Shown piece by piece: positions 10,958-20,048 of a stretch of DNA of 64,000 nt. This DNA is from Candidatus Hodarchaeota archaeon (GTDB lineage Archaea > Asgardarchaeota > Lokiarchaeia > Sigyniarchaeales > SOKP01). The notes beneath the pieces are model-generated. The model was not told the DNA's origin, did not search any database, and saw only the letters and a list, made by a program, of their open reading frames with translations. The stretch's first letter is position 1. Each line of letters begins with the position of its first letter. Location: the NCBI GenBank assembly GCA_048886685.1, contig JBHLKM010000002.1:167532-231531 (forward strand), given 5' to 3'. The position numbers and the translations under genes were made by a program.

Positions 10958-11890
10958 ATGTTGAAAAAAACCATTTTATTTGATGTTGCTCATAATGAAA
11001 TGTTAAATATCGATGATAAAGAATTCTCTGAATTCTCAAGTCTATTAAGGAGATTAGACATAAATGTTAATAAGAACGAAAGTGAACATCTTACAAAAGA
11101 TATTTTAAGAGATGTTGATCTTTTAGTTATTGGAAATCCTATCGATGATTATTTTTCAACCCCAGAAGTTAAAATTATTGTAGATTTTGTCAGATCTGGA
11201 GGTGGATTGCTATTATTAAGCGAATATGGAGCAGACTACCTTCAAAAAACCAATATAAATGATATCTCTGGAAAGTTTGGAATTAAATTTGAAAAAAATC
11301 TTATTAAAGAAGTAAATAAGGCTAATCAAAATTTTACTAGTATTTTGCACATCCAAGATTTTTTAAAACATCAATTAACAAAACACATTAGGGAGATTAA
11401 AATAGGAGGAGCATGTTCCCTCTTCTTAAGTAAAGATGCAAAACCTCTCTTACAATCTAATGAAGAGGCTTGGCCAGAAATTTTTAATAGCGCTGCTGAA
11501 CAATGGGTAAAAGAGGGTGAAGAAGAAAAGCAAATAATTGCAGCTTACTCAGAATTTGGGCAAGGGAAAGTTGTAGCGATTGGAGACATCGATCTTTTTA
11601 CTTCTGATTCAAACATAGGTTCAAATTCTTTAGACAACCAAAGATTTATAGAAAATATAATTAATTGGCTAATCGAACCAGTTAAGGAATCTAAAGTCAT
11701 GACATTTATATTGAATCAACTCGGAGATCTCCACTTTGAAATTAGAGAGACGAATAAAATTATAAATAATATTATAGAAACAATGACAATATTAGAAAAA
11801 CGAATAAGTTATTTAGAAGAACAATCTCAAAAATATTCTCAAATTTTTAAACTCAAAAAAAGTAGTGAAGAAGAATCGCTCCAAGAATAA
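10958..11890 (+). CDS. GIFT (GldG/IFT52)/DUF4350-like domain protein with C-terminal coiled coil
   Basis: ILFDVAHNE, DLLVIGNP, FVRSGGGLLLL, TNINDISGKFGI, GKVVAIGDIDLF, NQRFIENIINWL. Confidence 0.7.
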   Translation: MLKKTILFDVAHNEMLNIDDKEFSEFSSLLRRLDINVNKNESEHLTKDILRDVDLLVIGNPIDDYFSTPEVKIIVDFVRSGGGLLLLSEYGADYLQKTNINDISGKFGIKFEKNLIKEVNKANQNFTSILHIQDFLKHQLTKHIREIKIGGACSLFLSKDAKPLLQSNEEAWPEIFNSAAEQWVKEGEEEKQIIAAYSEFGQGKVVAIGDIDLFTSDSNIGSNSLDNQRFIENIINWLIEPVKESKVMTFILNQLGDLHFEIRETNKIINNIIETMTILEKRISYLEEQSQKYSQIFKLKKSSEEESLQE

Positions 11891-11963
11891 TAGTTTATTT
11901 ATTATTAATGAATCCTCCTCTGAGTTATGCTTTATAATAATTAAATAAGATTGAAAATTGAAG

Positions 11964-12347
11964 TCATAATTTATAATAAATTGTTGCTGGGCAACAAATA
12001 CACCTTTTTGAGCTTGAACATGTCCCACAATCATCTCCACAGGGACTTACTTTTTTTGGTTTTATCGGAACTCTCAAATATAATTTATCAGGATATTGAA
12101 TAAAATCAAAGAATAGAACTTGAGCTTTTTCCAACCCAAATGTGTCTTGAGGCTTTTTTTCGATAAACTTAATCCACCATTTTTGTTGTAAGGGTAAATA
12201 ATATATAGCATAAAGTTTTTTTCCTTTTGTACTCATAAAATAAACGTAAGGGCAATTTTTATAACTTTCTGCAATTTGAATAACTTTATCTTCAGTTTCA
12301 GCTTCACCAATTAATAAAGCGAATACAAATTTAACTTTCATACCCAA
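11964..12347 (-). CDS. hypothetical protein with Cys-rich C-terminus
   Basis: CPYV motif and PCGDDCGTCSSSKRCICCPAT. Confidence 0.6.
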   Translation of the reverse strand: MGMKVKFVFALLIGEAETEDKVIQIAESYKNCPYVYFMSTKGKKLYAIYYLPLQQKWWIKFIEKKPQDTFGLEKAQVLFFDFIQYPDKLYLRVPIKPKKVSPCGDDCGTCSSSKRCICCPATIYYKL

Positions 12348-12549
12348 TCACTCTTATTTTAAGCATTTTTAATGCTTGAATTATAATCAAAACACTACTA
12401 ATAGGATTTAATCGCTATTCAAAACTTCAAGCATTTTTTGAAATTAAACATAAACTTGTATTTGGATTATAATGAAAATAGAAAAAATTAAAATTTTACG
12501 GGTAATTCAGACTTTTTAAAAATGAACTTTGAATTAATAATTAATAATT

Positions 12550-13995
12550 ATGCCATTAAAAACACCCGAAGAGTATTTGGAAAGTATTAAACGACCTATA
12601 AATTTGTATATGTTTGGTGAAAAGGTGGAAGAGTTCTGGAAACACCCCATTATAAAACCTTCAATTAACACTGTAATGAAAATCTATGAATTGGCGCAAA
12701 TGGATGAATATAGAGATGTCATGACCGTAGAATCCCATTTAACGGGCGAAATTATAAATCGATTCACTCATATCCATCAATCTGTTGAGGATTTAATTAA
12801 TAAAGTAAAAATGCAACGACTCTTAGGCCAACATACAGCATGTTGTTTCCAGCGTTGTGTAGGATTTGATGCAGCGAATGCACTTTACAGTGTCACCTAT
12901 GAGATGGACAAAAAGAATGATACTAAATATCATGATCGATTTAAAAAGTACTGGATGAAAGTACAAAATCAAGATTTAATGGTTGATGGCGCAATGACAG
13001 ACACAAAAGGCGACCGTAGTAAAAGACCTAGTCAACAACCAGATCCAGATGCATATTTACATATTGTTGATGAAGATGATGAGGGAATTATAGTTCGTGG
13101 GGCTAAAGTTCATCAAACTGGCTTTCTAAATTCACATAAGGTTATAGTTATGCCAACATTAGCCTTACGACCCGGAGAAGAAGAGTATGCGGTTAGTTTT
13201 GGAATTGAAACTAACACAAAGGGTATAACTTTAGTGTATGGAAGACAAACATGTGATACTCGTAAAATGGAAGAAGGACCATTAGATATTGGGAACTATA
13301 AATATGGGGGACAAGAAATTTTTGTTATTTTTGAAGACGTATTTGTACCAAAAGATAATATTTTTATGAAAGGAGAGATCGAGTTTTCAGGAGAACTTGT
13401 CAACCGGTTTGCGGGATTCCACCGTCAATCATATGGAGGATGCAAAGTAGGGGTTGGAGATGTGCTTATCGGTGCCACTGCTTTAATAGCAGAATATAAT
13501 GGTACTGATAAAGCATCACATATTAGAGATAAACTTGTTGAGATGATACATTTAAATGAAACGCTTTATAGCTGTGGAATTGCATGTAGCTCCTTAGGAT
13601 TTCAAAGAAGCGCTGGAAATTATGAAATGGATATGTTGCTAGCTAATGTGTGTAAGCAGAACGTAACCAGATTCCCATATGAAATAGGCAGATTAGCAGA
13701 AGACATAGCTGGAGGAATTATTTGTACTTTACCCTCTGAAGCTGACTTTAAATCAGAAAAAATTGGGCCTTTATTAGAGAAATATCTTGTCACATGTGAA
13801 GGATTATGTGCTGAAGATCGTTATAAAGTTTTGAGATTCATCGAAAATTTAACGATGGGTGTCGCTTCTGTTAGTTACAAAACAGAAAGTATGCATGGGG
13901 CGGGAAGTCCTCAAGCTCAGAGGATAATGATTTCACGTCAAGCAGATTTGGGAGAAAAAAAGAAGCTTGTCAAGGAGATTTTAGATATTGAATAA
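12550..13995 (+). CDS. abfD: 4-hydroxybutyryl-CoA dehydratase
   Basis: CFQRCVG and HRQSYGGCK [4Fe-4S] ligand motifs, GAMTDTKGDR, ESMHGAGSPQAQ. Confidence 0.9.
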   Translation: MPLKTPEEYLESIKRPINLYMFGEKVEEFWKHPIIKPSINTVMKIYELAQMDEYRDVMTVESHLTGEIINRFTHIHQSVEDLINKVKMQRLLGQHTACCFQRCVGFDAANALYSVTYEMDKKNDTKYHDRFKKYWMKVQNQDLMVDGAMTDTKGDRSKRPSQQPDPDAYLHIVDEDDEGIIVRGAKVHQTGFLNSHKVIVMPTLALRPGEEEYAVSFGIETNTKGITLVYGRQTCDTRKMEEGPLDIGNYKYGGQEIFVIFEDVFVPKDNIFMKGEIEFSGELVNRFAGFHRQSYGGCKVGVGDVLIGATALIAEYNGTDKASHIRDKLVEMIHLNETLYSCGIACSSLGFQRSAGNYEMDMLLANVCKQNVTRFPYEIGRLAEDIAGGIICTLPSEADFKSEKIGPLLEKYLVTCEGLCAEDRYKVLRFIENLTMGVASVSYKTESMHGAGSPQAQRIMISRQADLGEKKKLVKEILDIE

Positions 13996-14126
13996 GAGAC
14001 CAAAAGAATGTAGAGTCTCTTTCAAATACACCTTCTAGTGGAAAACCATAATTATTTTAATTTTCAATAATTCTATTATAATAACACATAGGAAAAATAA
14101 AAAAAAATAAGAAAGAACAATTTACT

Positions 14127-14360
14127 ATGGCACGTTGTCCAGAATGTGGGGGTTTTATGAAGTACCAATCAGCAATTAAACAAATTGTTTGCCAATCATG
14201 TGGATTATCCTTAACACGACATGAACTTGATAGATATTGGAAAAAAGTAAGGAATGAAAATATTAGTGATGTAGATGATTCACAACGCAAAAAAGATCGG
14301 CGTAAAGAGTGGTTAGATTGGTATTCTTCCTCCAAAGAGTCAAAGGAAAAAGATTATTAA
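14127..14360 (+). CDS. small zinc-ribbon protein
   Basis: CPECGG...CQSCG followed by a charged helix. Confidence 0.7.
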   Translation: MARCPECGGFMKYQSAIKQIVCQSCGLSLTRHELDRYWKKVRNENISDVDDSQRKKDRRKEWLDWYSSSKESKEKDY

Positions 14361-14460
14361 TCATATAAATATAATTTACATTTTCCCAATGATAAGTGAA
14401 ATATATTAAGATTGAGAAATTTAGATAATTTTCTTATTTTTATCAAAAACTAATTTTCTA

Positions 14461-15654
14461 TTAACCTGCAAACTTCCTTTCAAAAATATCTTCTAATAAT
14501 TCAGCTAATTTTCTAGCAGGAATATCTAGTAAAGTTATTTCAAGATGCCTTCCACGAGTAGCATCTTCAATTCTTACAGTTTTAGAAGCGATAATTTTAA
14601 GTTGGTTAAGCTGACGAACATATTTTCTAAAGCTCATTTTTACATGAGGTTCTACTGAATAACCTTCACAGATAGCCTGATATTCTTCATATGCATCATC
14701 AACCAATGCAAATGGAGTGCCATTGTTTATTAGCGTTCTCACAATCCCGTATAATGCCAAGAGTTCTTGATCTTTTAAACTATCTATAATATCTGCCCTG
14801 AATGTAGGATATACATCATCAGAAGCTTCCCTGATAATATCAGCAGTAATTTGATCTAGACCTTCTTTATCACAATATAGACCACTTTTTCGAAGAATTT
14901 CAATCCCATGTCTCATATTTTGATTTTCAACTACAATCTGAGCGATCATTGTTAAGAGATCCTCATCTACTACATATTCTCTTAAAGCAATATCGCTTCT
15001 ATATGTCAATATTTGCATCGCCTCTTCGAAATTATAAGGTTCTAAAGGAATTTTCTCATTAAGTCGACTTAAAACTTTTTCATTTTCTATACGCATCCAT
15101 TCTGTACCTCTACAGATCAGCAAAATCGAGAGTTTCGCATTTTGATGACCAAATGTTTCAGCAATATTTAAGAAAGCTAAAACTTCATCTGGTTTCAACA
15201 GATGAACCTCATCAATAATTAATAACATATAGCCATTATCTCGAATTAATTTGGTAAGGATTAGTTTTAATGCTTCATCGTCGCTGTAGCCTCTCCCACT
15301 CCCATGGGTATATTTGGCAAGGAGCTCTCTGATAATCTTACTTTTGGAGCGGAAATTGATACAATCAAAATATTCAATAAAAAGTTTAACATCTCTTTCA
15401 ATAGCAATTGTTCTAAAATTTTTGCCAAAAAAGCGAGCGGTACAAGTTTTCCCAACACCTCCCTTACCCAATATTAGACAGTTAATTGATGGTTGCTCTT
15501 CTTCTTCTAGAATTCTTCGATAATTAACTATTAAAGTATTAAGAGCATCATCTCGACAATATAATTTTTCTGGAACCCAACTCTTATCAAGAGTATTCAG
15601 TTGTCTAAAAACAGATTTCTTCCCGAATTGTTTCCTAAATGCATCCTCGTCCAT
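14461..15654 (-). CDS. cdc6: Cdc6/Orc1 replication initiator
   Basis: SVF...LDKSWVPEKLYCR, Walker A GKGGVGKT, Walker B IIDEVH, C-terminal winged helix with RGR. Confidence 0.9.
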   Translation of the reverse strand: MDEDAFRKQFGKKSVFRQLNTLDKSWVPEKLYCRDDALNTLIVNYRRILEEEEQPSINCLILGKGGVGKTCTARFFGKNFRTIAIERDVKLFIEYFDCINFRSKSKIIRELLAKYTHGSGRGYSDDEALKLILTKLIRDNGYMLLIIDEVHLLKPDEVLAFLNIAETFGHQNAKLSILLICRGTEWMRIENEKVLSRLNEKIPLEPYNFEEAMQILTYRSDIALREYVVDEDLLTMIAQIVVENQNMRHGIEILRKSGLYCDKEGLDQITADIIREASDDVYPTFRADIIDSLKDQELLALYGIVRTLINNGTPFALVDDAYEEYQAICEGYSVEPHVKMSFRKYVRQLNQLKIIASKTVRIEDATRGRHLEITLLDIPARKLAELLEDIFERKFAG

Positions 15655-15788
15655 GTGAATCGTAATAGGTAATTATAACTAGTAATGTATAAGTAATAAT
15701 GGTACAAATTAAGTTTAAAGTTTGTTATACTTATGAACTTATTCTCTTTCTTTTATAAAATTGTCTTAAAAAAATTAATTATTATCTT

Positions 15789-16712
15789 CTAAAATTTCTC
15801 AGAATTATTCAGTGGATGCATCATACTATAAGATTGTTTTAACTTAGTAATATCGTTTTTGGCATAGATTCTCGTTGTATTTGGACTTGAATGACCTAAA
15901 ATGTCTTGTAACTCACTTATATCCATTCCTGAACGTCTAAGATGGGTAGCTCCGGTATGTCTAAACACATGAGGTGTAATAATTTTCGAATCTGGAAACC
16001 CACATCTTTCTTTTATATATTTGATATCAGCCTGAACGACTCGAGGGCTTAATTTCTGATTCCTTGTATTTACCAGCAAAAATTCTTCAGGATCATAGGA
16101 TATTCGGTTATCAAGAGATGCTTTAAAGATTTCTAGGGTTTTTTGGTCTACAGGAACTATTCTTTCCTTATTACCCTTACCACGTAGACGTATATATCCT
16201 TTTTCAAAATCTATATCTTTTATTCTGATGTTGCATAATTCACTTACTCGAGCCATAATAGAATACAGGAGCCTAACAATTAAGTAATAGCGTTGACTCT
16301 TTTTTGAATTGAATAACGTTCTATCTCTTAATCTTTTAAAGATAATATCAATATCGGAAACTTTAAGAAATTTAGGTAAGCTTTCTTCCAATTTTATCTT
16401 TGGAGATTTAATTGTACTCATAGGATTTTTATCTATAAATTCATTTAAAGTCAGGAATTTGAAATAAGATCGCAATGAAGCTATTTTCCGCCCTATTCCT
16501 TTTTTGGTGTATCCCAGATCCTTAATTTTTTTTAAAAATAACCTTATTTTCTGTCTTACTACAGAAGAATTCATATCGATATCTTCTACTAAATCCATAA
16601 ATTTTTCAAGATCATATTTATATGCTTTAATAGTAGATGATGCACATCCTTCTTCTACTTCTTTTGATACTAAAAAATCTTCAATAAAATCGGAGAACTT
16701 ACACTCTACCAT
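15789..16712 (-). CDS. xerA: XerA/XerC-family tyrosine recombinase
   Basis: ARVSEL, GKGNKER, TPHVFRHTGATH, LGHSSPNTTRIY (catalytic R, K, HxxR, H, Y residues). Confidence 0.85.
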   Translation of the reverse strand: MVECKFSDFIEDFLVSKEVEEGCASSTIKAYKYDLEKFMDLVEDIDMNSSVVRQKIRLFLKKIKDLGYTKKGIGRKIASLRSYFKFLTLNEFIDKNPMSTIKSPKIKLEESLPKFLKVSDIDIIFKRLRDRTLFNSKKSQRYYLIVRLLYSIMARVSELCNIRIKDIDFEKGYIRLRGKGNKERIVPVDQKTLEIFKASLDNRISYDPEEFLLVNTRNQKLSPRVVQADIKYIKERCGFPDSKIITPHVFRHTGATHLRRSGMDISELQDILGHSSPNTTRIYAKNDITKLKQSYSMMHPLNNSEKF

Positions 16713-16723
16713 AATGAATACAG

Positions 16724-16767
16724 TATGATCGTGATATTACATAATATGCAGTAATATCCCGATAATA
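16724..16767. repeat. 17-bp imperfect inverted repeat (2 mismatches, 10-bp spacer) just upstream of xerA
   Basis: tatgatcgtgatattac-ataatatgca-gtaatatcccgataata. Confidence 0.6.
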
Positions 16768-16811
16768 TCGAAAAAACAGGTATTGAGGGAACTAAATTAC
16801 AAAAGACCTTT

Positions 16812-17756
16812 TTAATCCTTCTTTAACTGCCGTAAATATTTGTTTACATTAATTCCCGCACGTGCTCCCTCCGCTGTGGCAAAAACTACCTGAAAGTGTC
16901 CACCAGTACAATCACCTGCGGCATACACACCTTCAAGGTTTGTTTTTTGCTCTTCATCAACTATAATATTCCCCTTATCATCTAATTCAACACCTGCTTT
17001 CTTAAAAATTGAATTAGATGCTATATGTGATAGGATGAATAAGCAATTTAATTCAAATTCAACCAATTCTTCAGTATCTTCTGATTCAGGTTTTGTTGAC
17101 TTACAAATTATTTTTTGGATAATACCTTCTGAATTTGGTACAGCTTCGATTACTTCCAAATTTTCCAATACTTCAATCCCAGATTCTTTTACATCATAAA
17201 CTTTATCAGGTAATTCCTCTATTCCTACATTACTTATTATATGAACTTCGCACCCCATTTGCTGCAAGGTTAAAGCATCTTCTAACATTTCTTCATCATT
17301 GCCATACATATAGACTACTTTTTCCTTATATAATGGACCGTCACATAACGCGCAATATGAGACACCAAAGCCAAGTAAGGTCCCTTCTCCTTTTATAATT
17401 TCTTTACGTTGTCCTCGACCCGTAGCTATTATTACCACATCAGAAGTTATGTTGGCTGTCCGCGTAGATGTCATATTAACGCCCATTCCAAGCATAAGAG
17501 AGATAACATCACCTTTAACAATCCTAACGTTTTCAGAATAACTATTGACGTGTGCTTTAAACTTTGCTAGAAGTTCTTTACCGTTGATATCAATTTCCCC
17601 GGGCCAATTTTGAATTTCTTTAGTCTGAGCCAAAGCTGATAATTCTTTCCCATCAAGAATAATTACATCTCTATTCGCTCGAGCACAATAGACTCCAGCA
17701 GTCAAACCAGCTGGACCCGCTCCAATAATTAGGACTTCACATTTAAATTCATCCAT
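16812..17756 (-). CDS. trxB: thioredoxin reductase
   Basis: IIGAGPAGLTAG, GVSYCALCDG, TNLEGVYAAGD. Confidence 0.85.
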   Translation of the reverse strand: MDEFKCEVLIIGAGPAGLTAGVYCARANRDVIILDGKELSALAQTKEIQNWPGEIDINGKELLAKFKAHVNSYSENVRIVKGDVISLMLGMGVNMTSTRTANITSDVVIIATGRGQRKEIIKGEGTLLGFGVSYCALCDGPLYKEKVVYMYGNDEEMLEDALTLQQMGCEVHIISNVGIEELPDKVYDVKESGIEVLENLEVIEAVPNSEGIIQKIICKSTKPESEDTEELVEFELNCLFILSHIASNSIFKKAGVELDDKGNIIVDEEQKTNLEGVYAAGDCTGGHFQVVFATAEGARAGINVNKYLRQLKKD

Positions 17757-17931
17757 TAATCCGATCTCTTAGAATGATTTACTTCAATTTTTAAAAGAAT
17801 TGTTGAGTAATAACTTATAGTATTATCTATCTTTGATTATAATAAATATTAGGTCTAAATAAATTAAATATTATGATTATTGAATCTCTTTCTTAATATA
17901 TTTAATTTTATTTCCAAAATTAAAATAGTAG

Positions 17932-18372
17932 GTGGTAGAATTGGTTCCAGTTGATAGGAAAATTGAAATTAATGCATCTCAGAAGAGGATTTTTGATATT
18001 TTAGACGATGCAAAGCTAGGTCCCAAATGGAATCTAGCGGAAAATGAAATAACGGAAATTTCAGAAGGTAAATTTGCTGTTAAATCTACAGTTGGGGATT
18101 TTACATCTATTCGTACCGAAACTGTTGAACCCGCTAAAATCTCAATGAGGATTGAAGGTGGAGTTTTTAATTCAATGGATTATATCTTATACCCAAAAGG
18201 AGATATGGTCGAAGCAACAATATGGGGCGAATTTGATGATGAAAAGAACGAAAAAATCCTCGTGACAGCTGCTGAAATACTATTAAAAGGTTTAAAAAAT
18301 TTCGCAGAATTTCTTGAAGAAGGTGGAAATCCCGACGATTTTGATAAGAAGCAAATAACTGTAACTCCTTAA
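17932..18372 (+). CDS. SRPBCC/START-like domain protein
   Basis: IEINASQKRIFDIL...PKW N-terminus and C-terminal helix LKGLKNFAE; start may be the TTG at 17941. Confidence 0.65.
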   Translation: MVELVPVDRKIEINASQKRIFDILDDAKLGPKWNLAENEITEISEGKFAVKSTVGDFTSIRTETVEPAKISMRIEGGVFNSMDYILYPKGDMVEATIWGEFDDEKNEKILVTAAEILLKGLKNFAEFLEEGGNPDDFDKKQITVTP

Positions 18373-18409
18373 TTTTAAATCTTTTTTTTTTATTACTTAA
18401 TATCCATTC

Positions 18410-19513
18410 TTATTTTCTTACTGCCCAGAAATAAGTTCCCCTTTCTCTTATAAATTCAGCGTTTTTAAAAGGTGTAGAATTGACAAATTCTTTAAAAGAT
18501 TTTTCGTCGTAAAAACCAGCAGTATCTGCTTCAAGAAACTTATGCATAACGTCGAAGAGTAGAAAATCTTTTTGTGGACTAAAAGTATCAGGTATCATAC
18601 TTTCTCCAACAAGTAATATACCGTCATCTTTTAATAAGGAATATAGATCATTAAAAGCCTCCAACCTATATTTTATATCTTTATCCATCTCATGAAGAAC
18701 TTGATTTAACAATATAAGATCAAATTTATCTTCTGCTGCTTTTGCATACTCATCAATTGAAATTTCAAGAATTTCAATTCTATCACCCCAATTATTTTCT
18801 TCTACTATTCTTTGCGCAAATGATACTCCCTTAGAATCAATATCAATGCCCACAAATCTAGCCTTCTTGTACTTTTTAGCCCAAACCACTAAATTATAAC
18901 CATAACCACATCCAACTGAAAGAATAGAAGATTCTCTTCGTAAATTTTTACAGAAATCCCTGAAATTCTTAGCAAATAACCCTTCGATCAATGATCCTAT
19001 TCTTGCACTCATTCGCTGTGTGTCTTTAATTAATTCTTCAGGAAATTCTTCATAGAATTCTGTAAAAGACATACTTCTTTCCTTTTTAAAACCTTCAAGT
19101 AGCATATCTTGGAATGGTGCAAGATAATAAAATGCCCCTATCGTGTCTCCAACATAAAACATGTGATTACGATCAATCAATAAGTTATATACATGAGGCG
19201 CAGTTTTTATTATTCTTTTATCTGCATTATCAATTTCGAAAATACCAGATTCAAGTCCTAAATGAATCCAAGCATCCAAATAATTTGGATTTAAATTGAA
19301 TTTTTCAGACAGTTCCTCTGGAGTAAAATAAACTGAAGAAGTAGGACCAGATTCTGATAATGTCTTAGATTTTTCGTCAAGATAATCAAAAATGCCAAGT
19401 CGCCTTCCTAGACCAAATGTTAGAACCGTATTAAATCCATAGAAACCTTTTATTAGAAATTTTTTCATTTGGTCTCTCATTGTAATTTCTTTATCATTTT
19501 GATTTTGGGACAA
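18410..19513 (-). CDS. class I SAM-dependent methyltransferase with N-terminal wHTH
   Basis: GRRLGIFDYL, ILSVGCGYG, FVGIDID, FDLILLNQVLHEM, LKDDGILLVGE. Confidence 0.85.
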   Translation of the reverse strand: MSQNQNDKEITMRDQMKKFLIKGFYGFNTVLTFGLGRRLGIFDYLDEKSKTLSESGPTSSVYFTPEELSEKFNLNPNYLDAWIHLGLESGIFEIDNADKRIIKTAPHVYNLLIDRNHMFYVGDTIGAFYYLAPFQDMLLEGFKKERSMSFTEFYEEFPEELIKDTQRMSARIGSLIEGLFAKNFRDFCKNLRRESSILSVGCGYGYNLVVWAKKYKKARFVGIDIDSKGVSFAQRIVEENNWGDRIEILEISIDEYAKAAEDKFDLILLNQVLHEMDKDIKYRLEAFNDLYSLLKDDGILLVGESMIPDTFSPQKDFLLFDVMHKFLEADTAGFYDEKSFKEFVNSTPFKNAEFIRERGTYFWAVRK

Positions 19514-19587
19514 ATGCTTTCACCTTAGACTTCTTTTAATTTTTTTATTATATCTAGTTATTCACTCCAATTTATAACATTTTAGTT

Positions 19588-19776
19588 TTAGAAAGAGAAA
19601 AATAGATCTATATTGATTCTTAGTGTTGATAATACTCTATCATTATCTTGTGCTTTGAATAAATAATCGTTCCTTGCTCTGTTCTTTTTCCCACTTACCG
19701 CTTCAATCCAATTGTAATTATTTTCCTGTTCTTTTGCTTTGTCTATTAGAGACTCTTCAATTTCCTCTAAAGTCAT
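19588..19776 (-). pseudogene. possible truncated remnant of a larger TPR-like protein
   Basis: Short ORF beginning with a TPR-like helix (LIDKAKEQENNYNWIEA) that then degenerates. Confidence 0.3.
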
Positions 19777-20048
19777 TAAAGATCAATTATGTGATTTTTG
19801 ATTCTCGCTTCTTATTTTTACATCTAAGATTATATAATAATGAGATTATTGAATTTATAATTTTTTACATTTTGATCAATACCTTATTACTTCCTTAACT
19901 AGATTAATACAGATTATCTAAATAAGTCGTAGGAAAAAATTTCTTTTAAATTCAAAATATTTTAATGATTTAAGAAATTTTGAGTGATATTATTATACAT
20001 TTGATTTACAAAAACTCTGAAAAAAAATTAACATTTAAGTGAAAAATT

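Noticed and set aside
12361-12435. Short palindromes (aagcatttttaatgctt; aatgcttgaa...ttcaagcatt) upstream of abfD
   Set aside because: Could be an operator, but short AT-rich matches are too likely by chance to support a call.
14361-15788. Replication origin next to cdc6
   Set aside because: Flanking intergenic regions are short (about 100-135 bp) and no repeated ORB-like boxes were recognised.
15789-16712. Tyrosine recombinase as integrase of a mobile element
   Set aside because: XerA-like length and motifs, housekeeping neighbours, and no tRNA, att repeats or cargo genes.
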